Shown: positions 10,803-20,459 of the stretch, in pieces
How the letters are laid out: each line of letters begins with the position of its first letter
Position numbering within the stretch: position 1 is the first letter of the stretch
Assembly (NCBI GenBank): GCA_963678065.2
Contig: CAXXVZ010000003.1
Location: 384,001-448,000 of the forward strand
Direction of reading: 5' to 3'
From: Treponemataceae bacterium
GTDB lineage: Bacteria; Spirochaetota; Spirochaetia; Treponematales; Rectinemataceae
DNA: 64,000 nucleotides
The notes under the pieces: generated by a model
What the model saw: the letters and a program-made list of their open reading frames with translations, nothing else
What the model was told of the DNA's origin: nothing
Databases searched by the model: none
Translations under genes and position numbers: made by a program

Positions 10803-12107
10803 CTATTCCGCTTTGCGGAAAACGAGGGCGCCATTGTGCCCGCCGAAACCGAGTGACGCTGAGACGGCTGCGTGGATGTCGCTGCGTACGGCCTTGTTCG
10901 GGATGTAATCCAGGTCGCATCCCGCTTCGATATCGGGATTGTCCAGGTTGATCGTCGGGGGCAGAATACCTTCCTTCAGCGCGAGTGTGCAGATGACTGC
11001 CTCGACTGCACCTGCTGCGGCGACGCAGTGTCCTGTCATGCTCTTCGTGGATGATATTTTTAGTTTTTTCGCGTGATCGAGGAACGCTTTCTTGATCATC
11101 AGGGTTTCGATCTGGTCGTTGAGCTGCGTCGAAGTCCCGTGCGCGTTGTAATACCCGATATCTTCGCGTGCGAGGCCGGCGTCTTCGAGGGCGAGGGTGA
11201 TGGCGCGGGCGCCACCCTTGCCTTCAGGATCGGGGGCGGTGAGGTGGTAGGCGTCGCATGTGGCTGCATACCCCGCAAGTTCGGCGTGGATGCGCGCACC
11301 GCGTGCCATGGCTCTGTCGTAATCCTCGAGGATGAGCATTCCCGCGCCCTCGCCCATGACGAAGCCTTCACGGGCTTTGTCGAAGGGCCTGGAGGCTTTT
11401 TCGGGATTGTCGTTGTTCGCGGTCGAGAGCGCCTGGAGGCGGCAGAATCCCCCCATGGCGAATTCCGTCACGGCGGCTTCCGTGCCACCAGCGATGGCCA
11501 TATCGCACCGCCCTGAGCGGATCATGTCCATCGCCTGGCCGATGGCGTCGGTTCCGGAAGCGCAGGCCGTGGCCTGAGTGAAGGCGGCTCCCGTAACCCC
11601 CAGCCGCATGGAAATATTGGCCGCGGCTTCGTTGATGATCATGAGGGGAACTGTCATGGGAAGCATGCGTCCCGGGCCGGCTTCGAGGAGTTTTTTGTAG
11701 GACTCCTGGAATATCTCGAGTCCGCCTATGCCGTTTCCGATGACAGTCGCTATCCGCTCGGGCGGATAGGGCATGGAGGCGCGACCCTCCGTGCCTTCAT
11801 CGGACTCGGAAGAAGGAGCATCGTTCTTGTCCGGAAGGCCGGCATCCCTCCATGCCTGGACGGCGGCCGCGACGGCGAACTGGGAAAAGAGGGCCATCTT
11901 CCTGGCTTCTTTTTTGTCCATGTAGAGCGATGGGTCGAAGTTCTTGACCTCGGCGGCGATGCGGGAGTCGAGCCTCGAAGCATCAAAGCGCGTGACCGGG
12001 CCGACGCCGCTCTTCCCTGCCACGAGGGATTCCCAGAACGTGGCTATGTCGTTTCCGATAGGACTGATTATTCCGAGACCGATGATGGCGATTCGTTTTT
12101 TCTGCAA
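10803..12107 (-). CDS. fabF: Beta-ketoacyl-ACP synthase II
   Basis: TACASG, DAYHLTAP, NAHGTST, STKSMTGH, SLGFGGHN; TTG start follows GGAGG. Confidence 0.93.
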   Translation of the reverse strand: MQKKRIAIIGLGIISPIGNDIATFWESLVAGKSGVGPVTRFDASRLDSRIAAEVKNFDPSLYMDKKEARKMALFSQFAVAAAVQAWRDAGLPDKNDAPSSESDEGTEGRASMPYPPERIATVIGNGIGGLEIFQESYKKLLEAGPGRMLPMTVPLMIINEAAANISMRLGVTGAAFTQATACASGTDAIGQAMDMIRSGRCDMAIAGGTEAAVTEFAMGGFCRLQALSTANNDNPEKASRPFDKAREGFVMGEGAGMLILEDYDRAMARGARIHAELAGYAATCDAYHLTAPDPEGKGGARAITLALEDAGLAREDIGYYNAHGTSTQLNDQIETLMIKKAFLDHAKKLKISSTKSMTGHCVAAAGAVEAVICTLALKEGILPPTINLDNPDIEAGCDLDYIPNKAVRSDIHAAVSASLGFGGHNGALVFRKAE

Positions 12108-12182
12108 GCGGTACCTCCGGGTGCAGGACTTTGATCTATGGTTCCGGACAGCGGTCCCGCGTCGCGTTCCGGCAATTGCTTT

Positions 12183-13160
12183 CTACCAGCGTATGATGGT
12201 GGCACCGTAGGTCATGCCGGCGCCGAAACCGAGGAGCATTATGAGATCGTTCTGTTTCAGGAGACCTTTTTCGGACATCTCGCCGAGGGCGATCGGGATG
12301 CTCGCTGCAGAGGTGTTCGCGTATTCGTCCAGGTTGAGGTAGAATTTCTCCTCGGGGATGCCGAAACGTTTTCCAGCCGATTGCACGATGCGGGCGTTGG
12401 CCTGGTGCGGCACGATCCACGCGAAGTCTTCGAGCCTGTATGCTGCGGCGTGCATGATCCTCTCAATCAGGACAGTGATCGATTTTACCGCGAAGTTGTA
12501 GACATTCTTGCCGTTCATGGAGATGACCGGCGCGAGCGGGACTTCATGGCCAAAAGTCTTTGTGCGTCCGGCCTGAACGAGGACGAGGTCTTTTGCCCCG
12601 CCGCCATCGGCGCCAAGGATGGTTTTCAGCATACCGCGCCCGGATTCTTCGATCCTGGAGAGGACAGCGGCGCCTGCCCCGTCTCCAAAGAGCACGCAGG
12701 TCGATCTGTCCGTCCAATCCGTGACCCGAGAGAGCGCCTCCGCGCCGATCACGAGGGCATTCCGCGCCTTTTTCGCTTCGAGCATCGAAGAGGCCACATC
12801 GAGCGCGTAGATGAACCCGGTGCAGCCGGCGGTTAGGTCGAAGGCGGCGCAGCCGTGGGCTCCGATCTTGTCCTGCACGATGCAGGCTGTCGCAGGAAAC
12901 CCGAAATAATCCGGCGTGGCAGTGGCAACGATGAGGATGTCGATCTCATGGACGCTCACATGCGCTTTCTCGAGGGCCGCTCTGGCTGCGTCTGCCGCCA
13001 TGTCGCTCGTCAGGACGCCGTCGGCGGCGAAATGCCTGTTTTTTATTCCTGTGTGACTGACTATCCACTCGTCGGTCGTGTCGACGATCCCGGCAAGTTC
13101 TTCGTTCGTCATCCGCCGCTCGGGGATATAGGTTCCGATGGAACGCAGCACTACGGACAT
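12183..13160 (-). CDS. fabH: Beta-ketoacyl-ACP synthase III
   Basis: AGCTGF, VLFGDGAGA, PHQANARI, NTSAASIP, GFGAG. Confidence 0.94.
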   Translation of the reverse strand: MSVVLRSIGTYIPERRMTNEELAGIVDTTDEWIVSHTGIKNRHFAADGVLTSDMAADAARAALEKAHVSVHEIDILIVATATPDYFGFPATACIVQDKIGAHGCAAFDLTAGCTGFIYALDVASSMLEAKKARNALVIGAEALSRVTDWTDRSTCVLFGDGAGAAVLSRIEESGRGMLKTILGADGGGAKDLVLVQAGRTKTFGHEVPLAPVISMNGKNVYNFAVKSITVLIERIMHAAAYRLEDFAWIVPHQANARIVQSAGKRFGIPEEKFYLNLDEYANTSAASIPIALGEMSEKGLLKQNDLIMLLGFGAGMTYGATIIRW

Positions 13161-13167
13161 GGTAGCT

Positions 13168-13206
13168 CCTCATCGTGACACAATGTTGTATTGTGTCACG
13201 ATGAGG
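13168..13206. promoter_or_regulatory. Perfect 17-bp inverted repeat between the fabH promoter and RBS (candidate operator or RNA hairpin)
   Basis: CCTCATCGTGACACAAT-gttgt-ATTGTGTCACGATGAGG. Confidence 0.75.
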
Positions 13207-13208
13207 GG

Positions 13209-13237
13209 AGAATGTCGATTTTTTTGCAAAAAGTCAA
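13209..13237 (-). promoter_or_regulatory. Probable promoter of the fab operon
   Basis: TTGACT-17 bp-CATTCT on the minus strand; the palindrome TTTTTGCAAAAA lies at 13221-13232. Confidence 0.5.
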
Positions 13238-13259
13238 TACGACAATAATCGTAAATATG

Positions 13260-14609
13260 TCACGATCTGTTCTGTGCAGGTTTCAAACCAGGCTCGCGCG
13301 GCCCCAATCCGGAAATGCTGATTATCGCGGAAACGACGATGCCGGCAAAAGCCATCAGCTTCTGGGAATCAGGGGAAGTCAAGAAATTGCCCGCGAATCC
13401 GAGGATGTAGCCTGTCGCTATCGCCGCAAAAATGAAGGCGGGGCGGATGGTTCTCGTTTTCCAGAACATGATGACCACGAACAGCGCAGGCACGAGACCC
13501 GATGTATAACCCTGGTATGTCTTGAGGAGTAGTCCGACAATGTCTGTCTCGTAGAGGGCTATGAGGGCAGCTATGCCGGCCACGGCCGCTATCCAGACAC
13601 GGGTGCGGGCCATCGAGGAGCCTCCGATGAGATCCTTTTCCAGGACGCCGGCAGCGGTCAGCAGCACGGTGTCGGCGGTGGAGAGGATGGCGGCGAGGAT
13701 GCCGAAGAGCATGACGACGCCGAGCCAGCCCGGCAGGACGCTCTTGATGATGGCGTTCAGCGGGTCCATCTTTCCCGCGTCAAAACCGCTCGCCCGGGCC
13801 CAGAGTCCAATGAAGGTGATGGCGAAGGCGAAGAGGAGCATGCCGGTTCCGCTCAGGAAGGAGGATGACCGGGCGCTCTTCGGTGTTTTCGCCGAGAGTA
13901 TGCGGCCGAACATCATGGGGCAGATGAAGTACGAGCCGGCGACCACGACGAGGTAGTAGGCGAGGTCGAGCGGACCGAAGGAGGTGTTGAACAATTCGAT
14001 GGAGAGGCTTCCCGGAGCGGGCGTTCTGGCTGCGTAGAGCCAGACCACGACGGCGATGATGGCCACCGCAAGAACGCCGAATTGCAGGAAATCGGTCCGC
14101 AGGACGGATTTCTGCCCTCCGATCAGTGTATAGACGACGAGGAAGAGCGCTGAAAGCAGAACGGCGCTGCCGTGGTCGAGCCCCGTCATGGTCCCGACTA
14201 CTTTGCTGGCCGCGAGGAACTGGCCTGCCGCAATGCCCGTCCAGGTGAGTACGATGATGAGGGCAACAAGCTTGCGCACGGCGGGACCTGCGAGCTTGCC
14301 GGCCAGGTCTGGCAGAGTGACAGACTCGGTCTCGCGCACCCGTGCAGACAGGAATGCTCCCTGGAGGAAGTGGGCAAATGCGCCCGCCGCCACGAACCAG
14401 AATGCGGGAAAGCCCATCGAGAAGGCCTTCCCCACGGTGCCGATCGTGATCCCGCCTCCGATAGTGGAGGCGAGCATAGACGCTACGATGAGAAACCGTG
14501 GCTGGTTTCTTCCTGCAATGAGAAAATTCTCGAGACTGTCGTTGTATCGAAGGGACAACAGCGCGATGCCGAGGAGAACCGCGCAATATATCGCGAGGAA
14601 CCAGACCAT
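13260..14609 (-). CDS. Sodium:solute symporter (SSS) family protein
   Basis: About 13 hydrophobic segments; FLIAGR, YTLIGGQKSVLRTD, AAILSTAD. Confidence 0.85.
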   Translation of the reverse strand: MVWFLAIYCAVLLGIALLSLRYNDSLENFLIAGRNQPRFLIVASMLASTIGGGITIGTVGKAFSMGFPAFWFVAAGAFAHFLQGAFLSARVRETESVTLPDLAGKLAGPAVRKLVALIIVLTWTGIAAGQFLAASKVVGTMTGLDHGSAVLLSALFLVVYTLIGGQKSVLRTDFLQFGVLAVAIIAVVVWLYAARTPAPGSLSIELFNTSFGPLDLAYYLVVVAGSYFICPMMFGRILSAKTPKSARSSSFLSGTGMLLFAFAITFIGLWARASGFDAGKMDPLNAIIKSVLPGWLGVVMLFGILAAILSTADTVLLTAAGVLEKDLIGGSSMARTRVWIAAVAGIAALIALYETDIVGLLLKTYQGYTSGLVPALFVVIMFWKTRTIRPAFIFAAIATGYILGFAGNFLTSPDSQKLMAFAGIVVSAIISISGLGPREPGLKPAQNRS

Positions 14610-14633
14610 GCACCACCTCCGGGAGGGCCGATA

Positions 14634-16664
14634 TTAGACAGCGCCTTCCACAGAGTCAACAGGCTTGTCGGGGGATTCATCTTCAGCCTGGCCTGTTTCC
14701 AGGGATGCGTCACCCTTTTCTTTTTCGCAGCCTTCTCCTGTCCGGGCAGAGTTGACGAGGTTGTTGAACTCGCATTCCTCGACGACTTCCTTCTCGAGGA
14801 GTATGAGGGCGAGCCTATCGAGGAGATCGCGCCTCTGCGAGAGCATCGTCACGACTCTGTCGTACCTGACGGCCATGATGCGCGCCATTTCCTCGTCTAT
14901 GTAGCGCTGGGTTTCCTCGCTGTATTCGCGGGAAAAAACAGGTTCGTTGCCAGCCGCGCCTCCGAGGCCCCTCCTGCTCAGGGCGACATGGCGGAAGCGC
15001 TCGGACATGCCATAGTCGGTGATCATGCGCTTCGCGATGTCCGTAGCCCGCGCGATGTCGTTCGAGGCGCCGGTGGAGATGCTGCCGAATACGATTTCCT
15101 CGGCGGCCCGCCCGCCGAGCAGCATGTCGATCTGTCCGAGGAGTTCGGCCTCCGAGACGATGTATCTGTCCTCGAGCGGAAGCTGGAGTGTGTAGCCGAG
15201 AGCGCTGAGACCGCGAGGGATTATCGATATTTTGCGCACTGGATCAGCGCCGGGCGTGAAGGCCGCGACGAGGGCGTGACCGCACTCGTGGTAGGCTACT
15301 GTCCTTCGCTCGTTCACGTTGATCACCCGGCTTTTCTTTTCGAGTCCGGCCACGATTTTCTCGATGGCATCGTTGAAATCGCCCTGATTGACCTTCTTGC
15401 GCCCCGATCGCACCGCGAGGAGGGCCGCCTCGTTGACGAGGTTGGCGAGATCGGCGCCCACGAATCCGGGCGTTCCCCTCGCTATTTTGGCGATGTCGAC
15501 CGTATCGTCGAGTTTGACGGCCTTTGAGTGGATTTTGAGTATGGCTTCCCTGCCGGGGAGGTCAGGACGGTCGACGAGGACCTGGCGATCGAAGCGACCG
15601 GGGCGGAGGAGGGCAGTGTCGAGGACATCGGGGCGGTTTGTGGCCGCGAGGATGATGAGACCGCTCGTGGCGTCGAAGCCATCCATCTCTATGAGGAGCT
15701 GGTTGAGGGTCTGTTCGCGTTCATCGTTTCCACCCATGACTCCGTTCGTGCGGCTCTTCCCTAGGGCATCAAGCTCATCGATAAAGACGATGCAGGGAGC
15801 TCTGTCCCGGGCTTGCTTGAAGAGGTCGCGAACTCGTGCCGCTCCCACACCGACGAACATTTCCACGAATTCCGCCCCGCTCATGCGGAAAAAAGGAACG
15901 TTCGCCTCACCGGCCACCGCGCGCGCGAGGAGGGTCTTGCCGGTTCCCGGCGGGCCGACAAGGAGGACTCCCTTGGGTATCTTGCCGCCGATATCGGTGT
16001 ATTTCTTGGGGCTGCGAAGGAAATCGATGACTTCGACGAGTTCGGCCTTCGCCTCGTCGACCCCTGCAACGTCTCCGAAACGTGTCTTGATGTCCCCTTC
16101 GGCCACGACAGTCGCCTTGTTCTGTCCGAAGGCCAGGACATTGGAGTTGGGGTTGGACATCCGCTTTCCGATCATGCGCCACACGAAGAACATCGCTCCG
16201 AAGGGTAGAAGCCAGTTGAGCACGAAGGAGAGGACAGCGTTGCCCTCGCGCGGGGAGGCTGAGTAGATGACACCTTTTTTGTCCAGAAGCGCGGTGAATC
16301 CGGGATCGGGAACGGGAACTGCCTTGAATATGGCGCCACCGCGCGTAGTGGCCGGCAAAGGCGAGGCGGGGGCCTGGTTCTGGGCATCCAAGTAGCCCGT
16401 ATAATAGTTGTTGTCCATCTCGACGCGGCGGATTTCTCCCGATTCGATCTTGGTCTTGAAACTGCTGTATGGAATAACCGTATTGTCAGAGCGAAAGAGC
16501 ACATAATTGAAGAGGCTCACGAGGATAACCATGAGCGTGAGATATCCCAGAGGAAGGCGGAATTGTATTCCACCCATGTCCGGACGTTTTTTGGGATCGT
16601 TTTTTCCGTTTTTGGATGTCGGAAGCGGAATTTTTTCCTTCCATCCAGGTTTTTTAGAAGCCAT
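14634..16664 (-). CDS. ftsH: ATP-dependent zinc metalloprotease FtsH
   Basis: Two TM segments, [34 protein letters not shown]. Confidence 0.95.
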   Translation of the reverse strand: MASKKPGWKEKIPLPTSKNGKNDPKKRPDMGGIQFRLPLGYLTLMVILVSLFNYVLFRSDNTVIPYSSFKTKIESGEIRRVEMDNNYYTGYLDAQNQAPASPLPATTRGGAIFKAVPVPDPGFTALLDKKGVIYSASPREGNAVLSFVLNWLLPFGAMFFVWRMIGKRMSNPNSNVLAFGQNKATVVAEGDIKTRFGDVAGVDEAKAELVEVIDFLRSPKKYTDIGGKIPKGVLLVGPPGTGKTLLARAVAGEANVPFFRMSGAEFVEMFVGVGAARVRDLFKQARDRAPCIVFIDELDALGKSRTNGVMGGNDEREQTLNQLLIEMDGFDATSGLIILAATNRPDVLDTALLRPGRFDRQVLVDRPDLPGREAILKIHSKAVKLDDTVDIAKIARGTPGFVGADLANLVNEAALLAVRSGRKKVNQGDFNDAIEKIVAGLEKKSRVINVNERRTVAYHECGHALVAAFTPGADPVRKISIIPRGLSALGYTLQLPLEDRYIVSEAELLGQIDMLLGGRAAEEIVFGSISTGASNDIARATDIAKRMITDYGMSERFRHVALSRRGLGGAAGNEPVFSREYSEETQRYIDEEMARIMAVRYDRVVTMLSQRRDLLDRLALILLEKEVVEECEFNNLVNSARTGEGCEKEKGDASLETGQAEDESPDKPVDSVEGAV

Positions 16665-16743
16665 GTCAACTCCTTCACCTAGAATGTACCGCCCCGGCGA
16701 CGGGTCGGCTAGACCGCACTTCGTCTTTGTTCGTCTATCAGCC

Positions 16744-16772
16744 TTGACCCCCTGAGGGTTTTTCCATATATT
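16744..16772 (+). promoter_or_regulatory. groES promoter
   Basis: TTGACC-17 bp-TATATT. Confidence 0.6.
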
Positions 16773-16820
16773 TCACTCGTACTTAAAACTAACTCAACAG
16801 ATTTTCAGGAGGAATACCGT

Positions 16821-17087
16821 ATGAACGTCAAACCGTTGGGCGATCGCGTTCTCATCAAGATCAAGGAGAGCGAGTCCAAAACTGCTGGCGGAATCATCAT
16901 TCCGCAGACCGCCCAGGAGAAGACCCAGACCGGTATCGTTGTCGCCGTCGGCACGGACACTGAAGTGATCAAAGTGAAGGCCAATGACGAAGTCATGTAC
17001 GACAAGTATGCCGGAACCCAGATCAAGGTGAACGGAGTCGAGCACCTTCTGGTCAAGATGGGCGACATTCTCGCAGTTCTTGAATGA
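16821..17087 (+). CDS. groES: Co-chaperonin GroES
   Basis: KPLGDRVLIK, TAGGIIIP, YDKYAGT; AGGAGG RBS. Confidence 0.96.
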   Translation: MNVKPLGDRVLIKIKESESKTAGGIIIPQTAQEKTQTGIVVAVGTDTEVIKVKANDEVMYDKYAGTQIKVNGVEHLLVKMGDILAVLE

Positions 17088-17103
17088 AAAAGGGCTGAAA
17101 AAC

Positions 17104-17133
17104 AAAAACCGCTCCTCGTGGAGCGGTTTTTTT
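17104..17133 (+). terminator. Intrinsic, probably bidirectional terminator after groES
   Basis: AAAAACCGCTCC-TCGT-GGAGCGGTTTTTTT. Confidence 0.85.
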
Positions 17134-17230
17134 ATTGTCTTGTGGCCAGAGAGGCATCGCGGAGGCCTGGCCCTCGTGTCGGGCCCGGCCGCTTTTGCAG
17201 ACAGAATCCTCCTCCTGTCGCGCCGCTGGT

Positions 17231-17677
17231 TCAGGAAAGAAGGATGTCGACGACCTCCTGTGGAGTTGTCGCGGCGAGTATCGCGTTCCTCTTTTCTGCG
17301 CTTTTGAACAGCTTGCTGACCTCCGCGAGGAACTGGAGGTGGGGGCCGGTCTTGTCGGCCGGAGAAATGGTCATGATGAAAATGCGGCAGGGCTCCCGAT
17401 CAAGGGCATCGAAGTCAACACCCTTGTCCGCAATGCCGACGCAGGCAACAAGCTCCGAGACGGAATTGGTCTTCCCGTGAGGAATAGCGATGCCATGTTT
17501 CATGCCAGTGCTCATCCGTCGCTCGCGCTCAAGGACGGAAAGCTTGACGGAAACCGGATCCGTGATCTTGCCGCAGGCCGAGGCAACGGCTATCAGTTCA
17601 TCGATTATCGCTTCTTTGGTTGTACCTTGAAGGTGAAGGGCCACGTTTTCCGGGCCGAGAACGTTCTTGAGGCTCAT
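17231..17677 (-). CDS. PTS EIIA (fructose/Ntr type), stand-alone
   Basis: RERRMSTGMKHGIAIPHGK phospho-His motif, FDALD, HLQFLA. Confidence 0.9.
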   Translation of the reverse strand: MSLKNVLGPENVALHLQGTTKEAIIDELIAVASACGKITDPVSVKLSVLERERRMSTGMKHGIAIPHGKTNSVSELVACVGIADKGVDFDALDREPCRIFIMTISPADKTGPHLQFLAEVSKLFKSAEKRNAILAATTPQEVVDILLS

Positions 17678-17683
17678 TAGGCC

Positions 17684-17712
17684 ATTCTATGATTGCCCGA
17701 CACAGACGTCAA
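17684..17712 (-). promoter_or_regulatory. Promoter predicting a leaderless EIIA mRNA
   Basis: TTGACG-17 bp-TAGAAT-6 nt-ATG, no SD. Confidence 0.7.
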
Positions 17713-17749
17713 GACTCGATTCCCGATAAAAAGAGAGATGACTTTTTGC

Positions 17750-18979
17750 CTAGATGTAGAACCGGGCTTCCTTTTCCGCACACAATCCGTCCTTTCTGGC
17801 GATTATGAGATTGGCGCATCCGGCCCAGAGTGTGTCGATGAAAGATCCGGCCGCGACCAGGGGGAAGGCGACGGGGACGATGATGAGGTATCCGTTGTCG
17901 AATCCCCTTCCGTAGAGTGCACACAAGACCATGAGGGCCGTCATCGCGCCATTGCGGGGGGCCGCCCCGACTATGAGTGTCAACAGGGGTGTCATGGCGA
18001 GAATCCAGAGAAAGCTCGAAGTCGAGATTCCCAGGTTGGAATACGATGAAAGAATAACGATGAATGAGGTAGAGGTCACGAGGGCCGTGCCGACCCGGCC
18101 GAAGAGTATCGCGAAGGGGATGGCCAGAGCATTGGATCTTCGCCTGATGCCCAGGTTTTCCTTGGCATGTTTCTGCAGGACGCCCATCGAGAAATAGACA
18201 TCGCCGGAAACGAGAGAGGCGAGGGCGGGCGCGGCGAGCCCATAGAGCGTGGGAAAGGGGTTCTTGTGGCCGCCGAACAGCCAGAGGATGGCGGGAATGA
18301 TTATGAACGACGACAGAAAGAGCTCAAAACCGATAGTTCCGAGGAGCGGGCGGTAAATCGTCTGGTCCATCCCCGCGAGTATGGAGGAGACCGCCTTGGT
18401 CGATGCTGCTATGAGCAGGATGCCCATGAATTCCGCGAAAAAGGAATTGATCTGGTAGAAGATGCGGGAGAAAGAATCGAAGAGGGTGACGGCTGGTTTT
18501 GTGACGACCCGGTCGTGGCAGAATGCCAGGCCAAGAACCAAGGCGAGCACGAATAAGGGAAGAAGATAGCCTCCGGCCGAGCCGAGAACTGCGAACATGT
18601 TGTCCGTGAAGACCGCGGAAAGGACTTCCTTCAGCCCGGGAACAGCAGCGGCTTCGGCTCCGGCGACGAGAGGGATTCTCGCGGGATTCATGAAAGCTGC
18701 GATTCCGACACCGATCATGGAAAAGAAAACGCCCGACAGCAGAAGGAGGAGGAATGTCTTGCCTGTATCCTTCCAGAATCCTTTGTTCTCGAATTGCTCA
18801 TAGACGGCGATGGGGACGGAGAAGAGGATGAGGGGGGCGAGCGCGTACCGCCCTATGTTCATCGATATATCGAAGAGAAACTTGGTTGTCTCTTGTACGG
18901 CGGGATTCTCTTTCGGCAGGGCGAGTGAGAGAAGTACGCCGAGCACGGTTCCCAGCAGGTATTTCAACCAGAGTTTCAT
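17750..18979 (-). CDS. Dicarboxylate/amino acid:cation symporter family protein (divergent)
   Basis: Polytopic membrane protein with DAACS-like layout (PLILFSV, VFTDNMF, ENLGI). Confidence 0.7.
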   Translation of the reverse strand: MKLWLKYLLGTVLGVLLSLALPKENPAVQETTKFLFDISMNIGRYALAPLILFSVPIAVYEQFENKGFWKDTGKTFLLLLLSGVFFSMIGVGIAAFMNPARIPLVAGAEAAAVPGLKEVLSAVFTDNMFAVLGSAGGYLLPLFVLALVLGLAFCHDRVVTKPAVTLFDSFSRIFYQINSFFAEFMGILLIAASTKAVSSILAGMDQTIYRPLLGTIGFELFLSSFIIIPAILWLFGGHKNPFPTLYGLAAPALASLVSGDVYFSMGVLQKHAKENLGIRRRSNALAIPFAILFGRVGTALVTSTSFIVILSSYSNLGISTSSFLWILAMTPLLTLIVGAAPRNGAMTALMVLCALYGRGFDNGYLIIVPVAFPLVAAGSFIDTLWAGCANLIIARKDGLCAEKEARFYI

Positions 18980-18985
18980 GCCATG

Positions 18986-19014
18986 AGCATAGCCCTCGGC
19001 CGTCGACGGGTCAA
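18986..19014 (-). promoter_or_regulatory. Promoter predicting a leaderless symporter mRNA
   Basis: TTGACC-17 bp-TATGCT-6 nt-ATG. Confidence 0.68.
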
Positions 19015-19047
19015 CGGACCACATTGCCGCAACAGACCTTCGCAGGC

Positions 19048-19076
19048 TTGAGTCCAGTCCGGATTGGCATTATCCT
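19048..19076 (+). promoter_or_regulatory. Promoter for the thrC-like gene (near-leaderless)
   Basis: TTGAGT-17 bp-TATCCT-8 nt-ATG. Confidence 0.55.
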
Positions 19077-19084
19077 TATCAGAG

Positions 19085-20311
19085 ATGAAATTCACGACGA
19101 CCAATCGAACTGGCTCGGAAAAAAGCTTCCTTGAAGCCGTAGCCCGAGGCTGTCCCGCGGATGGTGGCGTTTTCGTCCCCAAAGGAGCAGTCGATCTCCG
19201 CACTGCGGTCTATTCGCCTGATACGCCGTATGTGGATACGGTTCTGACTGCGATTATGACCCTCCTTCCCGATGATTTTGACCCCGTGGAGGCCGGGAAT
19301 CTTGTTGAGCGGGTTTTCCCCCGGGAACCTGAATGGAATCAGGTGGGGAACATCCTCCTCTTCGACTTCGCGTCGGGGAAGTCAGGCTCTGTCCTCGATT
19401 ATGGCGCCGATCTGCTCATGGCTGCGGTGAAACCCCGCATGGGAGGGACGAAAGGGAGGGGAGCGCCATTTGTTGCCCTCTACCCAGAAGGAAGTTCGCG
19501 CGACGCCCGTGCGGGCAGGGCGATCCTCGGCGCCTGGACCGCTTCCCTCGATGCTGAGCGTAGCCCGGAGGCTGATCTCGTGCTTTTGAAAGCTCGCAAG
19601 AGTGGAGCAGCGGGGATATCGGCTACGAGTTCGAGCAGGTCGTCGCCTGGTCTTCATGTTGTCGAGCTTCCCTGCCGCGAAGAGGAGATTCCCGACATCA
19701 TCCGCAGCATTGCGCGGAACCACCCCGATCGCTGCGTTCCTGCGCTTGCCGACAACCCCGCGTTTTTTATGGCCACCCTTATTCTCGAAACAGCCATGTT
19801 TGCCGAAGAGAAAAAGGGCTTTTCCGGCGAACTATACACCGCACATTCATCCCTTGATTCCTCCTCTCTCGCCACCGGGCTCTGGGCCTGGGGACTTGGT
19901 CTTCCGGTCACCGGCTTCCTTCTGGGTGCGGTGCCAGGCACAGCCGTGAACTACTCCCTCGATCCCGTCGTTGCCGATTTCAACCTTCTCAAACCGGGAG
20001 TACTCCCCTCACTCTCGATTTTCGAGGAGATCGAGAGCGCCGAGATGGATGGACTTCTGGGGGATCGGCCGGGGCTCAGTGCAGGAGAATTCGGGCCGGA
20101 GGATTCGGTGGCCTATGCTGCCGCCATAAAAGCGATACGGCGCAATGACGTCGCGTCTTCGCCCGAATCGGCCAGGATAATAGTCCGCCGCACGATCGAT
20201 CCTTCCATGAAGAGGGGTATGTCTTTGGCTGAGAGAATGGCCTCGGACCTCCGGATGGAAGACGTGGGATCTTTTTCGCTGGCCGGCTTTCTACTTTCCC
20301 TCTGTCGTTGA
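19085..20311 (+). CDS. Threonine synthase-like protein lacking catalytic motifs
   Basis: SFLEAVARGCPADGGVFVP N-terminus and GLGLPVTGF match ThrC; the FKD PLP-lysine motif reads VLD. Confidence 0.7.
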   Translation: MKFTTTNRTGSEKSFLEAVARGCPADGGVFVPKGAVDLRTAVYSPDTPYVDTVLTAIMTLLPDDFDPVEAGNLVERVFPREPEWNQVGNILLFDFASGKSGSVLDYGADLLMAAVKPRMGGTKGRGAPFVALYPEGSSRDARAGRAILGAWTASLDAERSPEADLVLLKARKSGAAGISATSSSRSSPGLHVVELPCREEEIPDIIRSIARNHPDRCVPALADNPAFFMATLILETAMFAEEKKGFSGELYTAHSSLDSSSLATGLWAWGLGLPVTGFLLGAVPGTAVNYSLDPVVADFNLLKPGVLPSLSIFEEIESAEMDGLLGDRPGLSAGEFGPEDSVAYAAAIKAIRRNDVASSPESARIIVRRTIDPSMKRGMSLAERMASDLRMEDVGSFSLAGFLLSLCR

Positions 20312-20335
20312 CATCGCAGACAAAAATCGTATAAG
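20308..20335 (+). promoter_or_regulatory. tRNA promoter
   Basis: TTGACA-16 bp-TATAAG. Confidence 0.65.
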
Positions 20336-20385
20336 GTCTGTGAGCGGATGTGCGGGCTGGCTTCTGATTCTCCTGCACGGCGAGC

Positions 20386-20459
20386 GACCCAGTAGCTCAG
20401 ATGGATAGAGCGGCTGCCTCCTAAGCAGCAGGTCCCCTGTTCGAATCAGGGCTGGGCCA
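20386..20459 (+). tRNA. tRNA-Arg(CCT), CCA not encoded
   Basis: Cloverleaf: GACCCAG/CTGGGCC acceptor, GCTC/GAGC D-stem, GCTGC-CTCCTAA-GCAGC anticodon arm, CCCTG-TTCGAAT-CAGGG T-arm. Confidence 0.93.
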
